From IMG/VR virus record IMGVR_UViG_3300042868_005134, positions 248,001 through 312,000 of that record: a stretch of 64,000 bases of DNA. One strand, written 5' to 3'. The translations under genes were made by a program, and so were the position numbers. Shown one piece after another: positions 1-9,279 of this stretch (position 1 is its first letter; each line of letters opens with the position of its first letter). The notes under the pieces are model-generated. The model made no database searches, was not told the DNA's origin, and saw only the letters and a list, made by a program, of their open reading frames with translations.

Positions 1-637
1 ATTCTTTAAATCTAGCAAGAGTGTTGATTAACATCAAATTTTTATAACTTTCAAAAGCGGCATAGCCCTCGTCCATAAATGTTGGATCTGCTTTAGTTAA
101 CTTTCTCTGTAGACTGTCAGAATATTCCGCATACTCCTGCCAATTTGGAACATAGTCTACTACTGCATCTTCTAATATAATCTCACGTCTGTACATACCA
201 GGAACTGAAAAAAATATTAATTTTGGATTAAGTTTGTGTATATGTTTTTCTAATAGCATTGCCTGTCTATCTATACTCGATCCAGCTGTTGCCAAGTTCC
301 AAAACGGAATTTTTTTACCTGTATAGTCTTTAATTTTGTTTAACAGTACGTTTGACCATACATCTTGAATTTCTAAACCAACTCCTGATGTATGACTACA
401 CCCTAAAAATACTATAGGTAGTTCACTGGTAGTTGTAAATTCGTCGCATCTAAATCTTTGACTATTGTACTTATAACTGTATGTTTTTGATCGTTCCAAT
501 GCCAAGTTGGGGTGTTCTTTTAAATCATGATTTGACCAAAATCGTGGTTCGTCAGTCGCACAAAAAATATGTTCTGAACCACCTTCGTAAAAGCAAACAG
601 TACTGGCGTGATCTAGAAGATGATTTATGCGACTCAT
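1..637 (-). CDS. SGNH/GDSL-like hydrolase-fold protein, 3'-truncated by window edge (absent from ORF track)
   Basis: Manual translation from ATG 637 (ATGA overlap with previous stop): MSRINHLL...VFLGCSHTSGVGL...WNLATAGSSIDRQ...; open to position 1. GCSxTxGxG and NLAxxGSS resemble SGNH blocks I and II. Confidence 0.55.
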   Translation of the reverse strand, partial: MSRINHLLDHASTVCFYEGGSEHIFCATDEPRFWSNHDLKEHPNLALERSKTYSYKYNSQRFRCDEFTTTSELPIVFLGCSHTSGVGLEIQDVWSNVLLNKIKDYTGKKIPFWNLATAGSSIDRQAMLLEKHIHKLNPKLIFFSVPGMYRREIILEDAVVDYVPNWQEYAEYSDSLQRKLTKADPTFMDEGYAAFESYKNLMLINTLARFKE

Positions 638-918
638 TTAACGATTTCTCCAGCAGTTAATCTAACCACCTGAAAATCACCACAATCGAACATCTGATTT
701 AATTTTTTTGCTAGATTGATAGCATGTCCAGGGTTGCTAAATGATACTTTCTTATATTTAGGACCTGGGTAGGATGTAAGGCTGTTAAAGCTCTTTAAAT
801 TGAAAGGTTCGTTTTTGTAAAATACTGCCCAAATAGCATCGGACTCTAAAACTTGTTCGGTTTTATAGTTCTTTTTATTGGTGTATTCTAAAAGTACCTT
901 AGGCTTGGGTCTACTCAT
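634..918 (-). CDS. hypothetical phage protein (94 aa)
   Basis: ORF with AAGGA SD and upstream ATAAATA motif. Confidence 0.8.
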   Translation of the reverse strand: MSRPKPKVLLEYTNKKNYKTEQVLESDAIWAVFYKNEPFNLKSFNSLTSYPGPKYKKVSFSNPGHAINLAKKLNQMFDCGDFQVVRLTAGEIVK

Positions 919-945
919 ATATGCGTCCTTAATATACGCATATAT
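917..945 (-). promoter_or_regulatory. 10-bp hairpin covering SD and start codon of the 634..918 gene
   Basis: + strand ATATATGCGT(917-926) ccttaatat ACGCATATAT(936-945). Confidence 0.6.
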
Positions 946-949
946 TTAT
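943..949 (-). promoter_or_regulatory. putative late promoter ATAAATA
   Basis: Motif 24 nt before ATG 918; recurs before structural genes; resembles T4 late TATAAATA. Confidence 0.55.
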
Positions 950-952
950 CAT

Positions 953-1195
953 CTAGGTAGTGGAAAATCCCCCACCATCCATTTTGATAGTAACTTCGCT
1001 GCCTTGCGCCTGTGCCAATTTGCTTAACAATTCGTCTTGATCTTCTAGCAATTTGGCAGTTATTTCACCTAGACTATAAGCCAGCATCTTTGCTGACTTA
1101 ATGTCTATTTTTACTTCTTTTTGCTGTGCCAATTCAGCACTTTTTACCTGCTGAATAAACTGCTGAATAGGCAGTGTGTTAATTGGATTTGACAT
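953..1195 (-). CDS. hypothetical protein (80 aa)
   Basis: ORF coupled to neighbours. Confidence 0.7.
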   Translation of the reverse strand: MSNPINTLPIQQFIQQVKSAELAQQKEVKIDIKSAKMLAYSLGEITAKLLEDQDELLSKLAQAQGSEVTIKMDGGGFSTT

Positions 1196-1658
1196 TACTT
1201 AGTACCTGTTTCATTTCAAATTCTGTTTTAAAAGGTCCACGGTTCTCGTAGCGTTCAATTGTAATTAGTTTAGGGCAGAAACTTTTAACCCAACCTTTGT
1301 CAAATCGAATAATATAATAACCTGCGCAATACAAACTTTTGCTAGCTTCACTTTTTGTAAACAGGGGCAATTTCTTTTGTACATTATACATGGGATTACA
1401 TGGAGTACAGCTTGTTGGATACCCGTGTACATCTTTGCTTTCATCTTGACTAATAGTAGTTGTAATTTTACCACTAAAAAAATCCTTCCCGAATGCTTTA
1501 ATAAGCTCTTCTTTTTTGCCAAAGAAACTACTGCCGTCTTTGCCACTTAACATATATTTGTTATTTTCTTTCTTGTGTAATGTACCAATCTTTTCTCCGT
1601 CTTGTTCTACAATCCAAAACTTGCCATCTACGATGGGCTTGGCGTGAATTTCTGTCAT
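1179..1658 (-). CDS. hypothetical phage protein (start MTEIHAKP at 1658; alternative 1721)
   Basis: GAGG SD before ATG 1658. Confidence 0.7.
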   Translation of the reverse strand: MTEIHAKPIVDGKFWIVEQDGEKIGTLHKKENNKYMLSGKDGSSFFGKKEELIKAFGKDFFSGKITTTISQDESKDVHGYPTSCTPCNPMYNVQKKLPLFTKSEASKSLYCAGYYIIRFDKGWVKSFCPKLITIERYENRGPFKTEFEMKQVLSNVKSN

Positions 1659-1717
1659 AATATTTTCCTCACAATCTTGTGTTTCATTTGGACATGTATT
1701 TTTATATAAACATATTG

Positions 1718-2680
1718 TCATTTGTATTTTGCCTGAAATGGTTCAGCATACTGCTGAATGCTGTCAATCATACGTTTCATATCGTATAGTTGACAAAATT
1801 TTAATAGTCTAATGCCCACTTGATCAACAGTCTTGGGTACAGCATTAGTTGTAATTGTTTCTTTAATAAAAGACTTAATGTCTTCAGGCTGTGCTTTAAG
1901 GTCGATCAGCTGACGATTACGGTGGTAGTCATCTAGCACCCTGTGTTCACCGCCATTGTGATCAACCCACCTCTGCAACATGAGATTGTTCCACGCGAAG
2001 CCTTTGTTACTGCGGTCCTTAAATGCGTCTTCTAATTTGTTCTTACGAACTTTAGGATAGGCACTAAAGACATTATCGCTACTATCGCCACGCATACACT
2101 TCTCGAACAAAATCCATTCAGGATTAGGAATATCTTTAGGCAAGCCAGTCTTAGTGTCTTTAACCATTTTACCTTTTTTATCAAAGATGCCTTCGATAGT
2201 GGTAAGTGTTTCAGCTACGCCGTTATACTGTTTGACATTGTCGGCAATCAGCTGATGAAAATCGCTGTCTGTTGAAATGATCACGTGGCTATCATCAGGA
2301 TGATCCGCAATGAACCCAGCAATTAAATCGTCTGCTTCTAGCTGACTATGTTGTAATACTGTACAGTTAGTTTTCTCTGTAATGAACTTTTTAAACTCGT
2401 CAAACGCTTCCCAGAACAACTTATCTTCTTCTGCTTCTTTGACAGTCATGGCCGCACGAGTTTCTGCCCTATTAGCCTTGTAGGGCTTGTAATAATCTTT
2501 GCGCCAGCTTCGACCTTCGAGGCAGAAGACCACGTGCTTCCCTTCAAAGTCATTCCATGCTTTTTTGATACTGTTAAATGTGATATGGAATGCCATACCT
2601 ACTTTAATATCGGCATCGCCGCGAATAACGTGTCTAGCACGAAAGAATGTGTTAGCAGTATCAACTAAAATATATGTCAT
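1718..2680 (-). CDS. rnh: RNase H / 5'-3' flap exonuclease (T4 Rnh-like, PIN fold)
   Basis: ILVDTAN, YKANR, LEADDLIA, ISTDSDF, GDSSDN acidic motifs. Confidence 0.9.
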   Translation of the reverse strand: MTYILVDTANTFFRARHVIRGDADIKVGMAFHITFNSIKKAWNDFEGKHVVFCLEGRSWRKDYYKPYKANRAETRAAMTVKEAEEDKLFWEAFDEFKKFITEKTNCTVLQHSQLEADDLIAGFIADHPDDSHVIISTDSDFHQLIADNVKQYNGVAETLTTIEGIFDKKGKMVKDTKTGLPKDIPNPEWILFEKCMRGDSSDNVFSAYPKVRKNKLEDAFKDRSNKGFAWNNLMLQRWVDHNGGEHRVLDDYHRNRQLIDLKAQPEDIKSFIKETITTNAVPKTVDQVGIRLLKFCQLYDMKRMIDSIQQYAEPFQAKYK

Positions 2681-3159
2681 GAAACCTCTGACTTGCCTTT
2701 GGCAATTGGAACTACGTTAATATAACCGGCACCTCTACTAGTGTCCAGACCTTCCTCGCCTAGCATGTTTCTAACAATGTCACGGAACCAACGATCTACA
2801 ATCTCTTCGTCCGGGTCACCATCGAAACCGTATCCAGCTTGTTTCAATTGTAACACAAAAAGTTCATTCCAGTCAAGCTCAAAGAAGCCATTACGGATAT
2901 TATCTTTGTTAACGTGCGTATCCAAAACACTTACCCACGGCTCGCCTTTGGCAGTAGCACGATCTTTTGGTGTCATCTTGGCAACGGCTTCTGCCTTCTG
3001 CGCTGCCTCGGCGGCATCGAGTGCGGTTTTAGCAATCTTGGCAGAATCTTCTGCGGCTTTTAATGACGCTTCTGCTTCCTCTTTAGCCTTGGCCTTTATC
3101 TTATCGATGCCGGTTAAGCGTTCAATTATGTCTGTTATTTTCCCCATCCGTTCCCCCAT
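2677..3159 (-). CDS. hypothetical phage protein
   Basis: ORF, ATGA-coupled to rnh. Confidence 0.7.
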   Translation of the reverse strand: MGERMGKITDIIERLTGIDKIKAKAKEEAEASLKAAEDSAKIAKTALDAAEAAQKAEAVAKMTPKDRATAKGEPWVSVLDTHVNKDNIRNGFFELDWNELFVLQLKQAGYGFDGDPDEEIVDRWFRDIVRNMLGEEGLDTSRGAGYINVVPIAKGKSEVS

Positions 3160-3995
3160 AAGTCTACGTGTAGTCTTGGGCTATAGTAATAGCCTCTTTT
3201 TAATGCTTCGTCGGCAATGTGTATACGATTACCATCATACACACTGACAACACCGCCCACAGGCATAACGTACACCGGTCCTACAAAACCTGCGTCACGA
3301 TATGCCATCACAGCTTGATCAACTTCGTCAAAGTGTTCTAACTGATCCACTACGAATTTCAAATATACAAAACCGTATTGTTGATAGTCTGCTACCACAT
3401 CGGGTTTAACAGCATCATTCCATTTTTCTCCGCTTGCGCTTAATTTAGGACTTACGCTAAATGTAATTTCTCTAAACGAGTGATACCAATTATCTAAAAA
3501 TGTTTTAAATTCTTCATGTAACGGCTGGGTACCGTTTGTTTCAAATGTTAGATTTTTTAAATCCTGCATTTTTGTATGATTCAGTAATGCGGGATATAAC
3601 TGTTGCCAGCCCAGCAAAGGCTCACCGCCTGTGATAACAAGATGTACATCGTTACCGTTGCTTTGTACCCAAGTATTTTTATTAGGTGTTAATCCCAGTA
3701 TCTTAGATACAATCTCGTCAATGGTATAATAAGGACTTAGTTCTTTGAATGCCGGATGCCAACTAGCATAGCTATCACAACCTGTGTTAACTAAGGGTAA
3801 TTGTTCAAATGTTTTGTAAAGGTGAACACTGTTAGCAATAGGTTCTACCTCGTTAGTTAGTTCGCCTTTAGGCATGCCAAATCCAGCACATTTAAAATTA
3901 CATCCGAATGTTCTTAAGAACACACTAGGTACACCAATAAATCTACCTTCGCCTTGTGCTGAATAAAATACCTCACTGATTTTTATCTTGTCCAT
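3135..3995 (-). CDS. queE: 7-carboxy-7-deazaguanine synthase (radical SAM)
   Basis: ISEVFYSAQGEG, VFLRTFGCNFKC...GCDS, VITGGEP, FETNG, VSPKL, PRLHVDLW; start trimmed to MDKIKI. Confidence 0.9.
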   Translation of the reverse strand: MDKIKISEVFYSAQGEGRFIGVPSVFLRTFGCNFKCAGFGMPKGELTNEVEPIANSVHLYKTFEQLPLVNTGCDSYASWHPAFKELSPYYTIDEIVSKILGLTPNKNTWVQSNGNDVHLVITGGEPLLGWQQLYPALLNHTKMQDLKNLTFETNGTQPLHEEFKTFLDNWYHSFREITFSVSPKLSASGEKWNDAVKPDVVADYQQYGFVYLKFVVDQLEHFDEVDQAVMAYRDAGFVGPVYVMPVGGVVSVYDGNRIHIADEALKRGYYYSPRLHVDLWGNGWGK

Positions 3996-4224
3996 CTTCT
4001 TTCTCTTTCTTAAATTCATTGTACGAAGTAGTAATACTATCCCATACTGCCCACTTAAACAACCAAGACAACAAGGATGTTAAACCTAATACTAGCAATA
4101 AAGCACCAATAATTCCAGGTAGTAGAAATCCTATAATAACAGAAGTCATAGCAATAACATAAACCTTTTGCCAAGGTTTCCATTTACTCCATTGCCATAC
4201 TACAAAATTGTAAACGTCTTTCAA
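3973..4224 (-). CDS. hypothetical membrane protein
   Basis: two hydrophobic segments. Confidence 0.7.
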   Translation of the reverse strand: MKDVYNFVVWQWSKWKPWQKVYVIAMTSVIIGFLLPGIIGALLLVLGLTSLLSWLFKWAVWDSITTSYNEFKKEKEDGQDKNQ

Positions 4225-4538
4225 TTTTTTAAACTTTCCAATGTTGCGATTTTGGCAATACGTTCTCCAAAATCTTGATCTTGTGTAATTATGTATGTTT
4301 GATGATCACTGCGATCCTGTCTGCGATCATATCGACTAAATTCTACTATTTTACCACCTATGGCATTATAGACTTTAAAGTGTAGCGTTGGTTCACTATC
4401 GATAGACTGTTTGCTAACAGCTATACCTATACCTATACTACCTTTAGATATTGTGTTATAATGTACTGGTTGTTCTTCCCGTGCGTTTTCCCAATCATCT
4501 CGCACCCATTTAATTACCATTCTTTTAAACCAGTTCAT
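4221..4538 (-). CDS. hypothetical protein
   Basis: coupled ORF. Confidence 0.7.
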   Translation of the reverse strand: MNWFKRMVIKWVRDDWENAREEQPVHYNTISKGSIGIGIAVSKQSIDSEPTLHFKVYNAIGGKIVEFSRYDRRQDRSDHQTYIITQDQDFGERIAKIATLESLKN

Positions 4539-4753
4539 TTACATATCTCCAACCAATTATCTAATTTTTTTGCTGCCTCGTCGAACTCTAAAGCCCACAC
4601 CGTAGCATATATTGTAGCATCTTCTATACGTAAGTCAAATGGTACTACGCCATTAATTCTAAAATCTTCCGGCACTCTAGTAGTAACTTCGAATTCTTGT
4701 AAATTCTTAGCACGACTAATAAAGTGATCCATTATATCTTTAGCTGTTTCCAT
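4535..4753 (-). CDS. hypothetical protein
   Basis: coupled ORF, AGGAG SD. Confidence 0.7.
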   Translation of the reverse strand: METAKDIMDHFISRAKNLQEFEVTTRVPEDFRINGVVPFDLRIEDATIYATVWALEFDEAAKKLDNWLEICK

Positions 4754-4754
4754 A

Positions 4755-5255
4755 TTACTCCTTTGGAAATTCTTGACTAAAAGGCCACGATGTATTTGGA
4801 TCGGGTCTCGGCTTTAGCTTAACATTCTCTTCAATAACTTCACCTGTTATTTCATCACAAAGGCTAACTTGATATGGAGCAATAATATGTACAGCACAAT
4901 CTTCCTCCTGCCAATCATGTTCTCCATCATAGAGCCAACCTGAGCCACCTTCGTAGTAGAGTTCTTTGAGTTCTTGTTGTTCTAATTCTGAAATGTCATC
5001 GCTGAATTCCCACTCGACACTAATGCTGTCATCGAACTCACAACCCCACCCTACATCGGTCTTAGCGTAGGCAACATCATCTCCTTCCCACGGAAGATTA
5101 CAGTCTAAGTCTTCTTCGATAAAGCCTTGACCCCAACGATATGTTTCGTCAATGTTAAACCAACTAATAGATCCATCTTCGTTTTCACGAAACATCTCTA
5201 CGTGATATACAATGCTTTTCTTTTCTAAAGGTTTTATAAGATAAACGTGGCTCAT
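4755..5255 (-). CDS. hypothetical acidic protein
   Basis: coupled ORF. Confidence 0.7.
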   Translation of the reverse strand: MSHVYLIKPLEKKSIVYHVEMFRENEDGSISWFNIDETYRWGQGFIEEDLDCNLPWEGDDVAYAKTDVGWGCEFDDSISVEWEFSDDISELEQQELKELYYEGGSGWLYDGEHDWQEEDCAVHIIAPYQVSLCDEITGEVIEENVKLKPRPDPNTSWPFSQEFPKE

Positions 5256-5425
5256 TTAAACATCCTTGCATCTAAGATAATTGCTGCACCCAAGATTAGC
5301 CATACTATTCCAGGCCAAACACTACCACCGGCGATTGCGGCAATACCAGAACCTAAGTTAACACCACCGACTAGGTAGCCGATCGTTTTACGGTTACGAC
5401 CAAACCATTCAAAAAACTTATTCAT
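5252..5425 (-). CDS. small membrane protein (57 aa, not in ORF track)
   Basis: Manual translation MNKFFEWFGRNRKTIGYLVGGVNLGSGIAAIAGGSVWPGIVWLILGAAIILDARMFK; TAATG and ATGA overlaps. Confidence 0.7.
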   Translation of the reverse strand: MNKFFEWFGRNRKTIGYLVGGVNLGSGIAAIAGGSVWPGIVWLILGAAIILDARMFK

Positions 5426-5538
5426 TATATTTCCTTAATGTAGTATTGTGAAGCAGGGTATGTTTGTTGTAGCCATTCTAACAAGCCTTCTTCGACTGGC
5501 AAGCGAATGCTTTCAAACTTGTTTGTAATATATTTCAT
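5425..5538 (-). CDS. small hypothetical protein (37 aa, not in ORF track)
   Basis: MKYITNKFESIRLPVEEGLLEWLQQTYPASQYYIKEI; ATGA overlap with folE stop. Confidence 0.6.
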   Translation of the reverse strand: MKYITNKFESIRLPVEEGLLEWLQQTYPASQYYIKEI

Positions 5539-6281
5539 CGCGGAGCAAACTCCTGTTGCATCTTAATGTTGTCAAAGAATTCTTTCTTAGTACCCATGTC
5601 TGTATTAAATGCGCCTTTGAGTACTGTAGTCTGTGTCAATGAGCTATGTGCCATAATGCCACGATTCTCACAGCATCCGTGTGTGGCTTGAATATACACT
5701 GCTACGTTTTCTGATTCAGTAGCTTTGCTAATCTCACGGGCAATGTCGTTACAAAGTTCCTCCTGGAGAGTACCGCGTCGAGCACACCACTGAGCGATCC
5801 GTGTGTATTTCGAGAGACCAATAAGTTTATTAGCGGCAATGATACCGATGTAGGCAACCCCAGATACAGGCTGGTGATGATGAGAACACATACTTCGAAG
5901 TTCACTACGTACCACAAGCATACCTTCGTAACGGTCCTCTGAATCATTGGGAAATGCTGTTGCGTCTGGTGCTCTTTCATATCTTCCTGCCATAATTTCA
6001 TTAAAATACATTTTAGCAAGACGTCTTGCGGTGCCTTTACTGTTGGGATCATTCTCGCGATCAATTAGTAACTTATCTAAGATTTGTTCGAATGCCGGTG
6101 TTGCTTCGTCAATTAGTTTTTCTACGTCGCCTTCGTGTAGATAATCACTGATGTTATCGCCAGCCCAAAACCGTTTGTTATCACGTTTCATCTTAAAGCG
6201 AAGATGATCTCCTAGATATGCTTCTTGATAACCGCCATCACCTGCCATTGCGTCAAGTGCTGTTTCTTTTTTATCTGTCAT
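5535..6281 (-). CDS. folE: GTP cyclohydrolase I
   Basis: SMCSHHHQP, IGLSKYTR, LQEEL, HGCCENRG motifs. Confidence 0.93.
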   Translation of the reverse strand: MTDKKETALDAMAGDGGYQEAYLGDHLRFKMKRDNKRFWAGDNISDYLHEGDVEKLIDEATPAFEQILDKLLIDRENDPNSKGTARRLAKMYFNEIMAGRYERAPDATAFPNDSEDRYEGMLVVRSELRSMCSHHHQPVSGVAYIGIIAANKLIGLSKYTRIAQWCARRGTLQEELCNDIAREISKATESENVAVYIQATHGCCENRGIMAHSSLTQTTVLKGAFNTDMGTKKEFFDNIKMQQEFAPR

Positions 6282-6324
6282 TTTATTTTCCTATGTTAAG
6301 GCAGAGGTCATTGCCATTTGTATT

Positions 6325-6354
6325 AGTATACACTATTATTTAGGTTTTTGTCAA
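6325..6354 (-). promoter_or_regulatory. sigma70-type promoter TTGACA-18-TATACT with CTAAATA in spacer, upstream of folE
   Basis: -35 at 6349-6354, -10 at 6325-6330, TAAATA at 6337-6342. Confidence 0.7.
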
Positions 6355-7137
6355 CCTTAGTAATGTATTTTTCTTAACTGCTTCTTTCAAAACATTTAAA
6401 TTTATATCTAGTGTTTCTGCGTACTTTAATAAGGCACTAGTATCTTTGGGAAAACACATACCGCCGAATCCGTTGTACCCATCTGGACCCGGTACTTGGG
6501 TATGGCTGATGTTAATGCGATTGTCTTTGGCAACCATGCCTCGAATTCTATTCCAGTCATGACCTTGCGCTTTTGCCAATTGACACATCTCGTTCATAAA
6601 AACTACCTTGGTTGCTAGAAACGAATTAATAATATATTTTACCATGGCAGCTTCGCCAATAGTACAGAACACTGAATCTACATTTGGTTTGGTATATTTT
6701 ATAACACGTTCTGCTTCTCTTTGATAGGCCAGTGTGCTACCGCCAATAATAGCCCAGTTTTCTTTGGCATAATCCTGAGCAGCATTAGCGGCAGTTAAAA
6801 ATTCAGGCACATGTACTAGATTGGAATATTGGGTTTGTAAATATTCGTATACATTGGGAGTAGCTGTCACTTTTGAAATGATGACCCCTTTAAAGTTTTT
6901 TAAATTAGTCAACGTAGATACTAGGGGCAGAGTATTACAACTTCCATCATCATTCATGGGACTAGGTACACAAACAAACACAGCTTCGGCATCTGTTAAA
7001 TCAGCGTATGTGCTGTTAAAACCTTTACTAGGATCTGTATCGATAATTACCAGGTTGGCAAATCCTTCATAGTTGGAGGCAATAGCACTACCAACAAAGC
7101 CGCATCCCACGATACCAATTTTTGGCAGATCAAACAT
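6340..7137 (-). CDS. ugd: UDP-glucose/GDP-mannose dehydrogenase family protein (short form lacking C-terminal domain)
   Basis: GIVGCGFVG Rossmann, PEFL, KYIINSFLATKVVFMNE, GFGGMCFPKD catalytic Cys; start trimmed to MFDLPK. Confidence 0.85.
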   Translation of the reverse strand: MFDLPKIGIVGCGFVGSAIASNYEGFANLVIIDTDPSKGFNSTYADLTDAEAVFVCVPSPMNDDGSCNTLPLVSTLTNLKNFKGVIISKVTATPNVYEYLQTQYSNLVHVPEFLTAANAAQDYAKENWAIIGGSTLAYQREAERVIKYTKPNVDSVFCTIGEAAMVKYIINSFLATKVVFMNEMCQLAKAQGHDWNRIRGMVAKDNRINISHTQVPGPDGYNGFGGMCFPKDTSALLKYAETLDINLNVLKEAVKKNTLLRLTKT

Positions 7138-7411
7138 TATTTTCTTTCTCCCATTCACCTCTACCATGATCCCAGTGTCGATTATCGTAAAAATTAAAAT
7201 GTACACAATAACCAAACAGGCCTGCTTCTAAGTCTAGTCCCGCATGACTTTGACGTACAGTCCAATTGAACATGAGAGACATTAATGTGAAATCTCGAGT
7301 AACTTCTAATTCAATATGTTTATTTTTAAATGGAGTATTGTATGCACGGCACCACAAATTCTTAAAGGTGTTACTCCAAGGGTTGCGGATGTTAAAGTTA
7401 AATGAAATCAT
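7130..7411 (-). CDS. hypothetical protein
   Basis: coupled ORF. Confidence 0.65.
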   Translation of the reverse strand: MISFNFNIRNPWSNTFKNLWCRAYNTPFKNKHIELEVTRDFTLMSLMFNWTVRQSHAGLDLEAGLFGYCVHFNFYDNRHWDHGRGEWEKENNV

Positions 7412-7590
7412 ATGTAATCTACTGATTTTTTAGTTCGCAGTTTTCTACACTCGGCTTTAACTTCGGCTGGATAGTCGGGATGAAATTCTGACAAACTACA
7501 ATCGTAGATTCTGCCTCCATCATCCGGCACTGTTACTAGTATTAAGAATGCCAATACTAGAAATATTAGTGCTACTACTGCTTGTTTCAT
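7408..7590 (-). CDS. small protein with N-terminal TM/signal segment
   Basis: hydrophobic N-terminus; ATGA overlaps. Confidence 0.65.
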   Translation of the reverse strand: MKQAVVALIFLVLAFLILVTVPDDGGRIYDCSLSEFHPDYPAEVKAECRKLRTKKSVDYI

Positions 7591-7907
7591 GAATTGATAT
7601 CTCCTTGATATCGTGGAATCATATGTATGTGGGGATATTTACCGTCTTGCCCGGCAATATCTCCCACACTTTGAACTAGGTTAAATCCCTGCCACTTTTC
7701 AGATTCGATTCCGTCGTAGCCCCACTTATAGGCTGCTCTGTAAGTTTCGAAGAGACAGTCCATTGATTTTTGGGTAGGCACAAAACACAAATACCCTTCA
7801 CAGGGTGCTGACGGGTCTTTAAAAATCCAAAACTTTGTTGTTCTGTATTCGATTTCTTTCCAAGGAGCGCTGCCATCATTTAGTGCCTTTTCGATATCTG
7901 TTGTCAT
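7587..7907 (-). CDS. HIT-family nucleotide hydrolase (degenerate)
   Basis: FNLVQSVGDIAGQ...YPHIHMIPR. Confidence 0.75.
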   Translation of the reverse strand: MTTDIEKALNDGSAPWKEIEYRTTKFWIFKDPSAPCEGYLCFVPTQKSMDCLFETYRAAYKWGYDGIESEKWQGFNLVQSVGDIAGQDGKYPHIHMIPRYQGDINS

Positions 7908-7913
7908 TACAAT

Positions 7914-8117
7914 TTACGATACTAGACTTTGTGCTAATATTTTAAGTTCGTCATCGGTCATAAAAAACTGATAAGTTGAGGTCATGTCAACTTCTCCGTT
8001 TATATTTTTACATTCTTGTATAAACTCAAGAGCATTTAGTGTAGCTGGGTTTACACATTTCCAGCTTTTAACCCTCAGTCTAAATCCTGCTGTATCTTTA
8101 ATTATGCTTTCTTTCAT
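7914..8117 (-). CDS. hypothetical protein
   Basis: coupled ORF. Confidence 0.65.
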   Translation of the reverse strand: MKESIIKDTAGFRLRVKSWKCVNPATLNALEFIQECKNINGEVDMTSTYQFFMTDDELKILAQSLVS

Positions 8118-8353
8118 TGTAGTGTCCTTTTGTCTTCTCCGGCTAGACTGTTAATAAGTTTTTCAGCCCATTCGGGTTCTTCTTCCAGTAATTCTTCTAA
8201 GTCTACTTGACGACTTTGTTCGAACAGCTCACCTGAATGTGCCATTTTGGTAATTTCAGCAATCATTTCTTCAAGCTCTTCTTGCGAGCCTTCAAAATCG
8301 TCAAAAGCGCCTGGCGCAAATTCGATAGTGAGTGGTTTCTTTTCATCAGTCAT
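8114..8353 (-). CDS. hypothetical acidic protein
   Basis: coupled ORF. Confidence 0.7.
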   Translation of the reverse strand: MTDEKKPLTIEFAPGAFDDFEGSQEELEEMIAEITKMAHSGELFEQSRQVDLEELLEEEPEWAEKLINSLAGEDKRTLQ

Positions 8354-8831
8354 AGTCGCCTTTTATACGTTCAAAAGTTTTATATTTTTCCAAAGCATTG
8401 ATATATTCATCAAACAGTTTCTTTAGCTTAGGATGCTTCTTCTCTAGTATAACATCTCTTTCAGGAATACACAAGACTTTTTCGATTGTGTTTAACCGTT
8501 CTTCTAAATCTCTATCATTTATAACAACTTTGCCTTTGACAGTTAAAGTTGCATCTTTTTCCAAAACAATTTCGTCTTTGCCAGATGGCACAGTCATAAT
8601 AGGTTTGCCATTGCTATTATTAAATTGAGTGCTTGAATTAGTCCAACTAGTACCATTCAATCCGCTTGTTAAAAACTGACCACTGCTGCCACCACCTAGA
8701 CTTGTATTATTAGTAGTATAAACTGTTCCAACTGTTAGTGGTGTTGTAGCAAGTGGTATTGTACCGTAGCCAACACTCACTGTACTGCCAACAAACCCAT
8801 TACTGACGACGTTGTTCAAGGTATTGCTCAT
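8346..8831 (-). CDS. hypothetical protein (S/T/G-rich N-terminus, helical C-terminus)
   Basis: coupled ORF. Confidence 0.7.
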   Translation of the reverse strand: MSNTLNNVVSNGFVGSTVSVGYGTIPLATTPLTVGTVYTTNNTSLGGGSSGQFLTSGLNGTSWTNSSTQFNNSNGKPIMTVPSGKDEIVLEKDATLTVKGKVVINDRDLEERLNTIEKVLCIPERDVILEKKHPKLKKLFDEYINALEKYKTFERIKGDYD

Positions 8832-9279
8832 TGTGTATCCATTTGTTCTTTACAAGAAAGCCCCATTCTCTTTTTTGTGGTCCTGGCATAAACAATGTCC
8901 ACGCCGTTATATTAGGATCAAGCTCAATGCGATGATATGATGTGGCTTTACAAATACGGAAATGTCCAGGCCCCCGCCACTTTGCTATCTCAGTTATCTT
9001 TCGACCGTCTGAATTAAATTGTGGAATCCATTCCCAATAGCCGCCTGACAGTATTAAAGTAAAATAAGGCCATGGATGATCATGTACGTCATCGGGATCC
9101 GATTTAAGAAACTTGTGTAGAAACACATTAAAGGGAAAACGGTTTCTGTCTTTAAGGAAGATATAATAACGTTCGAGATATGGCTCTTCACTAACTCTGT
9201 CCATAATAATTCTTTTTCTGTCATGCTGTTCTAACCAAGCAAAAAACTTATTCTTTATCTTTTGGATTATCATAATCAT
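8800..9279 (-). CDS. cupin-like metal-binding protein
   Basis: VHDHPW...GGYWE...HRIEL (HxH..E..H pattern). Confidence 0.6.
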   Translation of the reverse strand: MIMIIQKIKNKFFAWLEQHDRKRIIMDRVSEEPYLERYYIFLKDRNRFPFNVFLHKFLKSDPDDVHDHPWPYFTLILSGGYWEWIPQFNSDGRKITEIAKWRGPGHFRICKATSYHRIELDPNITAWTLFMPGPQKREWGFLVKNKWIHNEQYLEQRRQ

